Part shown: piece by piece, positions 25,411 to 37,221 of the stretch
Position numbering within the stretch: position 1 is the first letter of the stretch
Layout: every line of letters begins with the position of its first letter
Assembly: GCF_018350175.1 (NCBI RefSeq)
Contig: NC_058368.1
Coordinates: 212,910,001 to 212,974,000, forward strand
Direction of reading: 5' to 3'
DNA length: 64,000 bases
Source: Felis catus
Lineage: Eukaryota
Translations under genes and position numbers: made by a program
Notes under the pieces: model-generated
Seen by the model: the letters and a program-made list of their open reading frames with translations, nothing else
The model's database searches: none
Told to the model about the DNA's origin: nothing

Positions 25411-26054
25411 TTAACTTTCTGTGAGCCACTCAAACTTGTTCTTGCTGCATCCTTCCCTGAACCACCCAACTCCTCCTTTCTTCCACAAGTACACTTAGTG
25501 CACATATTATCTCACTCACCAGTCTATTTTACTCTTTTTCATGCCTCCATACCCTGACATTCCACAAGCCCCTTAATGCACAAACCATATGTTAGGTACC
25601 TTAGTTTTCCTAGAATCTAGCCCTGCATCTAACACAGAGACTGTACTCACTTGAGTTGACTCCACTGTCACCTGTCACTACCTGTTACTTTCACTGTGCC
25701 TACTTCTAGATGCCATCTTCTTCTCTCAGACTTACTACTATTAATGTTCTGTAAGCTGGAGAAAGAAATCACAAAGCTCATTATAACTGTACTTAAAATG
25801 GGGGTAAACAGTTTCTGAGTGAGGATTTGAGAGATTCTCCTATAATAAAATTAATAAATTAGATGTTTGCTTTAGCTGCTCAAAAGCCTTTTTCACATAC
25901 TCTTTGCTTTTGACTGGGTCTAATGTAGTTGAGATTGCCATAAAATTGATTCAGCAGGTACTTCTAAGAGAAAGACTTCCAGATTTTGACACCCAATACA
26001 GGATTCTCATGCTGAAACTAACAAATAATTCTCAGCTAGTAAATGAATGAACCT

Positions 26055-26240
26055 TTTTTTTCTTTTTTTTATGTTTATCTATTTTTCAGAGAGAGAGCAT
26101 GAGCAGGAGGGGCAGAAAGAGAGTGAAACAGAGAATCCAAAGCAGGCTCCACACTGTCAGAACAGAGCCTGACGCAGGGCTTGAACTCATGAACTGTGAG
26201 ATCATGATGTAAGCCAAAATCAAGAGTTGGACACTGCCGA
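26055..26240 (-). mobile_element. CanSINE lacking its 5' head
   Basis: T tail, AG tract and GTGAGATCATGA body on the reverse strand. Confidence 0.88.
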
Positions 26241-26832
26241 ACATTTTTTCTTTTAATAAATTTTTTGCCATCAAGTTTGCTAAACACACACACAGACACA
26301 CACACACACAATAAAACTAAATATTATCTCCCCTACAAGAAGCTTAATTCCCTACACATTTTGAACACTGTTTATTAAAGGAAATTAAGGAATTATTGGA
26401 AGATTTCAGGTGTGGTAATAGTATTATAGCTGTGTTTTTAAAAAGAGTTCCAGTACTGGCAGAGTAATTTGTATTAGATTAATTTTTCAAAAAGAAATTA
26501 AACTCTCTAAACAAAACGTTTTAAAAAGAACTAATTGAAGACAATGGGAAGTGACTAAAAAAAAGGCCAAAAATAGAGGAAATTTGATCCTTGAAAAAAT
26601 GGACCACATTTCATAAAAACTAAATGTATATGGTTTTCTTCTAAGGGTACTCCTTGTCTTGGGGTATCTAGGACTCAAGCAGAAAGTCACAGCCTTCTTG
26701 GCTTTAGAGGTCAGAGGGTGTAGTTCAGAGCTGATATTGAGGACATACAATGAGGGAGTAAATCCTGGGCAGAAGAGAGCCACAGAGAAGGGAGCATTCC
26801 AACCTGTTTCATAAACTTCTGTCCTTAGTTGA

Positions 26833-27044
26833 TTTTTTTAATGTTTATTTATTTTGAAATTGGAAGAGAGAGAGAGAAAGCAAGCCGAGGAGGGAGAGAG
26901 AGAGATGGAGGGAGAGAATCCCAAGCAGGACCTATGCAGTTAGCACAGAGCCTGACGTGGGGCTCGAACTCACAAACTGTGAGATCATGACCTGAGCCAA
27001 AATCAAGAGTCAGATGCTCAACTGACTGAGCCACCCAGGCCCCC
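26833..27044 (-). mobile_element. CanSINE
   Basis: Reverse typical structure. TSD GTCCTTA(G/A)TTGATTT. Confidence 0.93.
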
Positions 27045-27749
27045 CGAGTCCTTAATTGATTTCTAAACTGCACATATACAAGAAAGACACCAAGGTATCC
27101 AGTAGAAAGCAACAGCTGGAAAGCTGAAGAAGCTAAGGAACATTTAAATTGCTGCCTTCTAGAGTTTGTAACTTGAGAAATATCTCAGGCTTTCTGGTAA
27201 AACCCCATATGGGCCACACCTTAGAAGTAAAGTCTATACCAAGAGACTAAGGATTCATCCTAAAACTGAAAGTAACCCAAAACAGAATCACTTTAATAAA
27301 AAATAAAACCAAGCTTCCAAAAGTTCAAAGTGGGTGGTCAGTAATTTAACTGCCTGCTGGAACAAAAATCACTCTTCAGGGGAACATAACTGAATACACT
27401 CTCTATAATATCATCCACAACATCTATTACAAACTCAAAAAAAGTAGACATTCAGGGGCAGGAGAGATCATCTATAGTCAAGAAAATAGTGAGTAAAAAG
27501 TGACCCTGAAATGATCCAAATGTTGAAATCAGCAGATAAGAACTTTAAAGCAGATTTATATATGTTCAAAGACTTAAAGAAAAAGATGACCAAAAAGAAG
27601 GACCAAATGAGAAATCAGCGGAGAAATGTAAGGTTTAAAAAAGAACAAGTGGATATTCTAGAACTAAAAAGTACAATATTGAAAAAAGAAATATTCACTG
27701 GATAAGTTTAAAAGCAAATTGAGTTCATGATCTTAAAGATATCAATAGT

Positions 27750-28003
27750 GGGGCTCCTGGGTGACTCAGTCAGTTAAGCGGCCAACTTTGGCTCAGGTCA
27801 TGATCTCATAGTTTGTGAGTTTAAGCCCTGCTTCAGGCTCTGTGCTGACAGCTCAGAGCCTGGAGCTTGCTTCGGGTCCTGTGTCTCCCTCTCTCTCTGT
27901 ACCCCTCTCCTTGTGCTCTCTCTCTGTCTCTCAAAAATGAATAAATGTTAAAAAAATTAAAAATTAAAATAAGCAAATAAATAAAAATTAATTAATTTTT
28001 AAA
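27750..28003 (+). mobile_element. CanSINE inside L1
   Basis: Typical structure. TSD ending ATATCAATAGT. Confidence 0.93.
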
Positions 28004-28782
28004 AAGATATATCAATAGTAAATATCTCAATCTAAAGAACAGAAACTATACAAAGTGAACATACAAACCCCAACTGTACTTTCTGTATATTCTACTGTAT
28101 ATTCTACCAACAAAAAACTGAAGATGAATTTTTTTATTCTACTTACAACAGTATCAGAAGACATAAAATTATTAGCAATAAATTTAACCAAAGACATGCA
28201 AAACCGCCACACAGAAAACTACAAACATTATTGAGAGAAATTAAAGATGACTCAAATAAATGGAAAGATATATGTTCACAGATTGGAAGATTTAGTGTTT
28301 TTAAGATGTCAGTTTTTCCCCAAATTGGTCTACAGATCAATACAATCCAAATCAAAAATCCCAGCAAGTTTTTTTTTTTAGAAATTGACAAGTTGATTCT
28401 AAAATTTATACAGAAAAAAGAAAGAACTTAGGACATGCAAAACTTCCCTGAAAAAGAAAAGCAAATTAGAGGACTTGTGCTATCAGATTTCAAGATTTAC
28501 TGTAAAGCCACAGTATTCAAGACAGTATAGAATTGGTATATATACAAATAAATAGATTAAAGGAACAGAATAGAATCCAAAATCCACACTAATATCGTTA
28601 TCTGAGTTTTGACCAAGGCATTTAATTCACAGTGGGAAAAACAGAATTTTTTTAACACACGGTAATGGGACAAATTTATTTTTAAAATATGGGAAAAAAC
28701 TAAAACTTGATTCCTATCTCTCAGCATATACAAAAATTCATTTGATAAGGATCACAGACCTAAACATAAAAGCTAAAACTAT

Positions 28783-29000
28783 AGGGGTGCCTGGGTGGCT
28801 CAGTCAGTTAAGTGTCCGACTTCAGCTCAGGTCATGATCTCACAATTCGTGAGTTTCAGCCCCACATCAGGCTCTGTGCTGACAGCTCAGAGCCTGGATC
28901 CTGCTTTGGATTCTGTGTCTCCCTCTATCTCTGCCCCTCCCATGCTCACGCTCTGTCTTTCTTTGTCTCAAAAATAAATAAACATTAAAAAAAATTTTTT
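28783..29000 (+). mobile_element. CanSINE inside the L1 ORF2 relic
   Basis: Typical head, CT tract and A tail. Confidence 0.93.
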
Positions 29001-29905
29001 AAGCTATATAAAGCTGTGAAAGAAAACAGGATATCTTTTTATCTTTGGGATTAGCAAGTTTTATTAAAGAGAATACAAAAAAGCAACACACATTAAAAAA
29101 GACTTCATCAATATAAAAAAAAAAACTCTGCCATCAAAAAGTATCATTAAAAATACCAAGAAGTGAAAAGTTGAAAGAAAATGTTCATTATACATATTTC
29201 TGATTTACATTCAGAATATTTAAAAAGGAACTTTTAAATTCAATAACAAAAGTAATAAATAACCCAATTTAAACTGGGCAAAACACTTCATCAAACAAGT
29301 TACAAAAGTAAAGTAAGCCAACAAGCACATGTAAAGAGGCTCAAAATCACTAGTCACCACGGGAATACAGTTTAAAAACCACAATGAGGTACCATCCTAC
29401 ACCCATCAGAATAGCTAAAAGTAAAAAGTTGACAACCCCAAACGTAGATGAGATTTTAAAACAACTGTAATTCTCATACATTGCTAGTGGGGATTTAAAA
29501 CAATATTACTTTGGCAGATTTTTAGAAAGTTAAACATAGACCTATGCTGTGACCCAGCAATTTCTTTCTTACATATTTACCCGATGAAAATGAAAGCATA
29601 TGTCCATAAAAAGACTTGTACAAGAATGCTCACTGCAGCCTTAGTCATAATAGTCCCAACCTGAAAAAAAGGGTCCATCAACAGGAGAATAGGTTGTAAA
29701 ATTATGGCATATTTATATAATAAAATATTACTCAGCACTTTTAAAAAGAGAAAAGTGAATGCATAAAACATGAAAAATCTCCAAAGTGGCATATTAGTGA
29801 AAGAAGCCAGGCACAGAGTATACACTGTATGATTCCATTCATATAGTATGTGCTATATGAGTTTAAGAGCAGGTAAAACAAATTTATGATAATAGAAATA
29901 AGAGT

Positions 29906-31165
29906 ATTTGCATCAAAAACAATAAACTACTTAGGAATGAATAAATTTAACCAAGGAACTGAAATATCTGTGCACTGAACACTTTAAAAGATTGATAAAA
30001 AGAAGCTGAAGAAGACACAAATAAATGGAAAATATCCTGTCCATTCATGGTTAGGAAGAAAGAATATTGTTAAAATGCCCATACTGCCCAAAGCAAGCTA
30101 TGGATTCAATGCAATGTCTACTAAAATTCCAATGGCAATGTTCATAGAAATAAAAAAAATATCCTAAAATTTGTATAGAACCAGAAAAGATCACAAACAG
30201 CAAAAGCAGTCTTCAGAAAAAGGAACAAAGCAAGAAGCATCATACTTCCTGATTTCAAACCATATTACAAAAATATAGCAATCAAAACAGTATGGTATTA
30301 GCATAAAAATAGACACAGAAGTCAATACAATAGAATCAAGAGCCTAAAAATAAACCCACACATATATGATCAACTAATCTTTGGCAAAGGAACCAAGAAT
30401 ACACAATGGAGAAAGGATAGTCTCTTTAATAAATGGTGTTGGGAAAACCAGATATCCACATGTAAAAAAATGAAATTGGTTTCTATCTTACAACACTCAC
30501 AAAAATTAACTCAAAATAGATTAACTCAAAATGTGAGGCTGAAACCATAAAACTACCAGATGAAAACATAGGAGAAAGGTTTGTAGACATTAGTCCTGGC
30601 AATGTTTTTTTGGATATGACAATAATATCAAAAGCCCAAGCAGCAAAAGCAAAAACAAACAAGTGAGACTATATCACATCAAAAAGCTTCCGCACAGCAA
30701 AGGAAACAGCGACAAAATGAAAAGGCAACATATGGAATTGGAGAAAATATTTGCAAACCATTTTTCTGTTAAGGGGTTAATATTCAAAATACATAAGGAA
30801 CTCATACAAGTCAACAGAGAATAATAATAATAATCTAATTTAGAAACGAGCAAAGGACCCAAATAGACATTTTTCCCAAACAGTTCATACAGATGGCCAA
30901 CAGGTACAATGAAAAGGTACTCAACATCACTAATCATCAGGGAAATGTAAATCAAAACCACAATGAGATATTACTTCACAATTCTTAGAATGGTTATTAT
31001 TTAAAAAACAAGGGGTGTCTCCATGGCTCAGTGGATTAAGCATCTGACTCTTGATTTTGGCTCAGGTCATGATCTCATGGTTCATGAGATCAAGCCCCAC
31101 TTCAGGCTCTGTGCTGACAGCATGGGGTCTGCTTGGGATTCTCTGCCCCTCCCCTGCTTGAGCTC

Positions 31166-31196
<31 letters not shown>

Positions 31197-32100
31197 CAAA
31201 ATAAATAAACATTTAAAAAATAAAAACTAAATGGGGCACCTGGGTGGCTCAGTCAGTTGAGTGTCCGACTTCAGCTCAGGTCATGATCTCACCGCTTGTG
31301 GATTTGGGCCCTGCATCGGGCTCTGTGCTGACAGCTTGGAGCCTGGAGCCTGCTTTGGATTCTGTGTCCCTCTCTCACTCTGCCCCTCTTCTGCTCTCTG
31401 TCTCTCTCTCTCTCTCTCTCAAGAATAAATTTAAAATTTTTTTTTAATTTTTTAATAAAAAGTAAAAAAATGAAACAAAAATCAAGAGATAACAAATATT
31501 GTCAAGGATGTGGAGAAAAGGGAACACTTGTGCACTGTATGTGGGATTGTAGATTAGTACAGTCATTATGGGAAACAGTATGGAAATTCCTCAAAAATTA
31601 AAACTATGACTACCATATGATCCAGAAATCTCACTTCTTGGGTATATGTCTGAAGGAATATCTTGAAGAGACATCTGCCAACCCATGTTCATTGCAGCAT
31701 TATTCACAATAGCCAAGACACAAAAAACACCTAAGTATCCATTGATGAATGAATAAAGAAACTGGTAGATATACAATGAAATATTATCCAATCATAAAGA
31801 AGAAGGAAATCCTGCCATTTGTGACAATATAGGTGAACCTAGAGGGCATTATGCTAGCAAAATAAGTCAGAGAAAGACAAATGCTCTGTGATCTCACCTC
31901 TAAGTGGAATCTAAGAAAGTCAAATTCATCGAAACTGAGTTGAATGGTGATTGCCAGGGGCTGAGTATGGGAGAAATGGATGGGGAGATGTTGGTCAAAA
32001 GGTACAAACTTTCAGTTATAAGATGAATATGTTCTGGGGATCTAATATATAGCATGGTGACTACAGTTACCAATACTATATTGTATACTTGTATAAAATA
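29906..32100 (+). mobile_element. 5'-truncated L1 (L1MA9/carnivore-like), ORF2 C-terminus and 3' UTR, interrupted by two SINEs
   Basis: Recognisable ORF2 3' sequence (AATAAATGGTGTTGGGAAAAC; ACCCATGTTCATTGCAGCATTATTCACAATAGCCAAG) and 3' UTR (GGTACAAACTTTCAGTTATAAGATGAAT). Confidence 0.9.
31012..31480 (+). mobile_element. Two tandem CanSINEs (31012-31232 and 31233 to about 31480)
   Basis: The second head GGGGCACCTGGG begins in the A tail of the first. Confidence 0.92.
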
Positions 32101-32330
32101 ACAAAGAGTCTTATATTTAGATACAAACTAAAATATTTACAGATGAAATAGAGGACACCTTGGATTTGCTTCAAAATTATCAGGAGTTGGGGATGAAGGT
32201 GGAGGAAAGTTTATAGATTAAATTACACTGAGTTGTTGAAGCTGAGTGATGGGGGCATGGAGCTTCACTACATCGTGCTCCCTCTTTTTATATATATTTT
32301 AAATTTCCCACATAAAAAGTTTTCTTTATT

Positions 32331-32485
32331 GGGGTGCCTGGGTGTCTCAGCTGGTTGAGCATCTGACTCTTAATTTTGACTCAGGTCATGATCCCAGCAT
32401 CACGGGGTTGAGCCCTGTGTCAGGCTCCACACTGATGGGGCTTGCTTAAGATCCTCTCTCCCTCCCTCCCTCTCTCTCTCTTAAA
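32331..32485 (+). mobile_element. Short older CanSINE
   Basis: TSD AAAAAGTTTTCTTTA on both sides. Confidence 0.88.
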
Positions 32486-33699
32486 AAAAAGTTTTCTTTA
32501 CTAATCAGTTCCCTAAATGAACAACTCCAGCCTGGAAAATAATGGAAATTTTCCACAGTTGGTGCGATTAGAACGTATGAAAATACTAACAACCAGGTCA
32601 ACATTCATGTTTTGTTCAGTCTAGTTCTTTGTCTTCTATCATCAATCAAAATTTTTTTTAATTTTAAATCAATAATTTTTTTAAAGACATTTATAGATCT
32701 TAAATATCATGCTAAAAGAATAGGGCAACATACCAAATGATCACCACACTCTCAGTCCCATTTGGAATCCATCATAATGAACTTATCTGAATCATTCTGG
32801 AACATATTTTAATACAGCCTTTGAAAACTATGCAAATAATGAGTTTCATATGCTTACTAACTACCAGGAAAAATAGTCATTCCTTGTAATTATCCTGAAA
32901 GTATGCCTTCAGGTCTACAGTTTGAGAATTCAGTTAAGTCTTCAAATTTCAAGAAATGCCCATAGTTTTCACAAGGTTGGATCATGCTACATATTATTAT
33001 ACATTTTGAAGAGACTGGTCTTTTTAAGTCTATCTCATTAAGAAAATTTTTTTATCCCCTTGAGCAATTAAAAGATACTCCATTTCTTTCTTAAAATCTG
33101 TAGAGCTAACATACACTCTGCTAATGTGAGGAGACTCATTACTCTTAAGAAAGTTACCAAAACAGTGACAGTATTCTAGATGCAGATGTGTCATGATTTT
33201 GAATCATGGCGGTAGTTCCAATATTTTAAAAGGTAGAATAAGACTGAGCTCAATAAACATATTGGCCACAAAAGAAGAAATTCCTGGTATAGCCCAAAAG
33301 AATTACAGAATTACAAAATTCCACAACATGAGGGAATTTAGAGCTCCTTCAGTCCAACCAGCGTATTATGTAAATGAGAAACTGAAGCCCACAACTGTTG
33401 CCTGATTCACTTGAAGTCACGCAGATATCAGGAGCTACAACCAGAACTAAAGACTCCAGACTCCAAACCAGCACCATCATCAGTGTTAACTTGCTTATCA
33501 AGCAAGGCACCTCCCTAAGGACCGAATTCACACGCAGGGATAGAACACCAAGGATATCAGCCTCTTTCAAAGACTAACATGACTTCTCTAACATAAGATT
33601 TCCAAGACCTTATCTGCATATCAGGAGGAAGAAAAAAAAGAACGCAAAAGTTTATCCTAGCAAACACGTTTTTAATTGTCAGGGAAATAGGATCAAGGC

Positions 33700-33715
33700 G
33701 GGGGGGGGGGGGGGG
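33700..33715. repeat. G16 homopolymer
   Basis: Directly visible. Confidence 0.95.
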
Positions 33716-34069
33716 CAATAATATTGGATACCAGATTCTTCAATTGTTAAAGAGAGCTCTAGGGCTGCTAAAAAAATAAAAATAAATTTTAAAATTTTTA
33801 AAAAAGAAGAAGAAAAAGAAAAGACAAATTGTAAATTGAAATAAGCTAGAAAAAAAAGGGCTTAGCCTCATTAAGTCCACTGCTCATAAAGCCAATTCAT
33901 CATCATTTAAGAACCTGCTATGTTATTTTAAGAGCTGAGACAGGGAACTTAAAGGGGGAAAGTCCTAATTAGAGACTGTGTTCTCAAAGAACTGAGATGT
34001 CAAAAATTCTCTGTCAAATATCACTGTCATCTGATGCAAGGACCCTCCCCCACTCCCCGGGCATAATGA

Positions 34070-35210
34070 ATGCATTAAGGAGGTTGGCAGTCAGCTCACA
34101 TTCTTCCTCTCCACCCACGTTCTTGCATTCATACTGGGAGATTTCAATGTCCCTGTGCATTATTCATTCATCCAACACCATAGCCTCTTGGTTCCCTGAC
34201 TGCCATTATCTGACAAATTTCATCTGCACTCAATTTCAACTCACTCTCATGCACATGCCCTAGACCAATGCTTCTCAGACTTTAATGTGCATACAATTCA
34301 CCTAGGAATCTTGTTCAAATGCAGATTCTGATTCAGTAGGTTTGAGGAATGGGGCACCAACATTCCTCATTTCTACAATCTCCTAGTTGATACTAATGCA
34401 GCTACTCCATGACCACTGTTTGAGGAGTAAGACCCTAGACCTTGTCATCACCTGGAGCTGCTCTACTTTCAAAATCCTTGAAAATCTCTTATTGACTATA
34501 GTCTCCTACTTCCTACTTCCTTCTGGGGGTAGAACAAGTTCATTGAATTCAAATTTCCATCCTCACTCACCCCCTTTATGCTTATTCCAGTGAAGTGCTG
34601 AAATGGAGCAATTCCCAAAAAAAGGATGAGGCAGGCAGATACCGTGTTATCCAGGTGGAGGAGCCAGTGGGAAACTGGAAGCGGGGCCTGCCACTCAGGA
34701 GAGAGGTTGCAATTGGAGATACAAATTTAGGTGCTATCCACAGAGATGAACATCTCACCCAGACAAGTGGATGTGCTGCCCAGAAGTGGTGTTTAGAGAG
34801 AAAAGGGCCAAGGGAAGAACCCTGGGAAACATCAGTATTTGTGGAGCAAGTGGAAAAGAGGATTCATGAAAGGACACTAGGGGGGACCCCAGTGGGCAGA
34901 GAACTTGGAGACGGTGGTGTCTTGGAAGCCAAGGGAGGGGCAAATTTCAAAACAGAAGGAGACCTTTCCAAACTACTCCCCTGTGAAATCCTTCCGGTCA
35001 AGCCAGGTTATTTTGCTCACTATTCCCTAAATGTGTCTAATGGCATTCCAACTTCTAAGCTTGGAGTCACTTAGCTTCACTTAGGAGGCTCATCTGTCCC
35101 CATCTCTTCTTAACTATCCTTCCAGAGACACCCACACAGACACTAAATTGTCCTCATTGGACCCAGCACAATGCCTTGACCAAAGGAAGGCCTCGATAAA
35201 TGCTTGAAGG
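34070..35210. mobile_element. Fragmented L2 with mixed orientation
   Basis: + strand CTGGGAGATTTCAAT (LGDFN endonuclease motif), - strand VSQGSSLGPFL (RT motif) near 34800-34830, and a + strand L2-like terminus near 35160-35210. Confidence 0.65.
34266..34432. mobile_element. MER5-like hAT-Charlie MITE
   Basis: CAATGCTTCTCAGAC start, AAATGCAGATTCTGATTCAGTAGGT core, and a perfect 8-bp TSD CCCTAGAC at 34258-34265 and 34433-34440. Confidence 0.85.
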
Positions 35211-36985
35211 TATCCACACAGATTCAAACAATAACCATCTTCAGGCTTAACTATACACATGGTGATAAACTGGGTCAAGTGGTCAATAAAAATACATGTG
35301 CACCTAGACAGCATATGAACTACACCTGAAATCTGTTCTACCCAAGAAATTCTTGGACATAGGGTTGACATAAATACATGTCACTGCTGAGCAGAGAGAA
35401 GAAAAACTGTCCTAAAATTGAAATGCATGTAACTTGTATGGCAACACTGGGCAAATCTGACACAGGGCCATTTGCTAATGAAATCAAATCTTCAAGATCT
35501 TTATGACAGGATAGAAACACAGCCATCTGACTTCGGTGAGTGGGTAATTATCTCACCCAGAGATAACAGGAAAAGGATAGAATAAAGGAAATAATTAATA
35601 AAGATCTCCAAATTTAGACCAATTGTCAAATTGTTTATTATACCAAAAAAAAAAAAAAAAAAGATATCCCCTGTTCATCTCCTCCCTGCCTCCAATCACA
35701 GCCCGTGGGAGCAAGATTTTTTTTTAGAAATTTACGAAATGAAGCAAATTCACTCCAGGGGGGAAAGAATCAGAAAATAAATACTAATCCAAAATAATTT
35801 CTTACAGCTTGAGCTACTTACAAATTTCACAACTGGGAAGAGGACTGAGTCCCTAGCAATATATTATTCTAGTTCCTCTCTTTTAACAATTGGCTGGGCC
35901 CCAGGAAGGGTGTCATTTAAAACTGCTACTGCCTGCTGCTTGCAGGGCTATGGGATCTTCTGCTCTCAGCTACTGGGGCTATTTTCTTTGGACACTATCA
36001 CTCAAAGCGCTTAAGCTTATAAAACCCCTTTACAATCATTTTTCATAACTCCCAAGAGCAACTCAGTGCGGTTTTCTCCATTTCACAGATTAAAGTCTCT
36101 GGCACAGAAGGTGGCATGCCCCAAGGTCACCAATTGTTTTAATGCCCATTAATTAATATTTATTGAACCACTACCTTGGGCTCCTCCACCACATCCACCC
36201 ACACGGGCAGCAGCATCAATGGCCAGGCCTCATGAACCAGAAATCTACCCTTGGACTTTAAAAACCTGTGGCTGCTGTCAGCATCGAACACCAGAGTCCT
36301 GTGTTAGCGCAGTGGCCAACAAAGCTGGCCAGGCCCTGTCTGCCTCCCTTCTCCCAAGCTGGAAGGCGGAACACACGGGCATTCTCTTCTGGCTCCTGTC
36401 AAATTATGTGAGATGCAGAGTCCTTTCGCTGCTTGCTCTACTCATGAAATAGAGCAAGGTTTCGTGTAAGGGAGTTGAAGTTTCTGAAATCACTGTGTTG
36501 CTCTAGCCGTGGGGTGATCTGACTAAAGCAATGTCTCCTGAGCAGAGCTCTCCGAGAAAGAATGAATCCTGACATATGGGAGGTTCTTTCACCTGAGGCT
36601 CTTTCATATGTCAGGCTCCTCCTGACAGCAAAATACCACCTTTAGGTTCATTTATGTGAGTCTTCCTTTTCTAGATCCTTCCTTTAAATGTGATATCCTG
36701 GTAAGGCCCATCTGCTGAACCCCAGTATCTTTGTGTAAATGAGTTCTTCACCAAGTAGAAAAAGACAGATGTTGAGACCCTGAGCGCCCAGGAGAACCAG
36801 GGGAGAAAGCAAAAAAAAAAAAGAAAAATCAGAGCTTTCATCCTCTACAATTTTGCCATGTGCTCCTTCACTTATGCTAAGGAGTATAATTGTAGGAGCT
36901 AATGCATGTTCTTTCTGCAAGCTAGACTGGTCATGTATCCACAGTCCATATTTTATGTGATCTGATAATTCTAAAAAGAAGTTAA

Positions 36986-37149
36986 GGGGCGCCTGGGTGG
37001 CTCAGTCTGGTAAGCATCCAACTTCAGCTCAGGTCATGATCTCACAGTTCGCGGGTTCGAGCCCCGCGTCAGGCTCTGTGCTAACAGCTCAGAGTCTGGA
37101 GTCTGCTTCAGATTCTGTGTCTCCCTCTTCTCTCTGCCCTCCTCTGCTT

Positions 37150-37200
<51 letters not shown>

Positions 37201-37221
37201 AATAAATAAACACCAAAAAAA
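36986..37221 (+). mobile_element. CanSINE with long (CT)n
   Basis: TSD AAAAAGAAGTTAAG at 36973-36986 and 37222-37235. Confidence 0.95.

Larger units (their letters stand above)
26450..29905 (+). mobile_element. Old internally deleted L1 (ORF1 relic about 27480-27730, ORF2 C-terminal relic about 28100-29600, 3' UTR), interrupted by three SINEs
   Basis: Relic peptides QVDILELKSTI (ORF1-like) and REIKDDSNKWKDICSQIGRFSVFKMSVFP (ORF2-like). Many stops and frameshifts. Confidence 0.85.

Noticed and set aside
27511..28431. L1 ORF1-like and ORF2-like peptides
   Set aside because: Short frames within a heavily disrupted L1 that cannot be active.
34595..35074. 159-aa ORF
   Set aside because: It reads across the reverse-oriented L2 remnant and is not a host gene.
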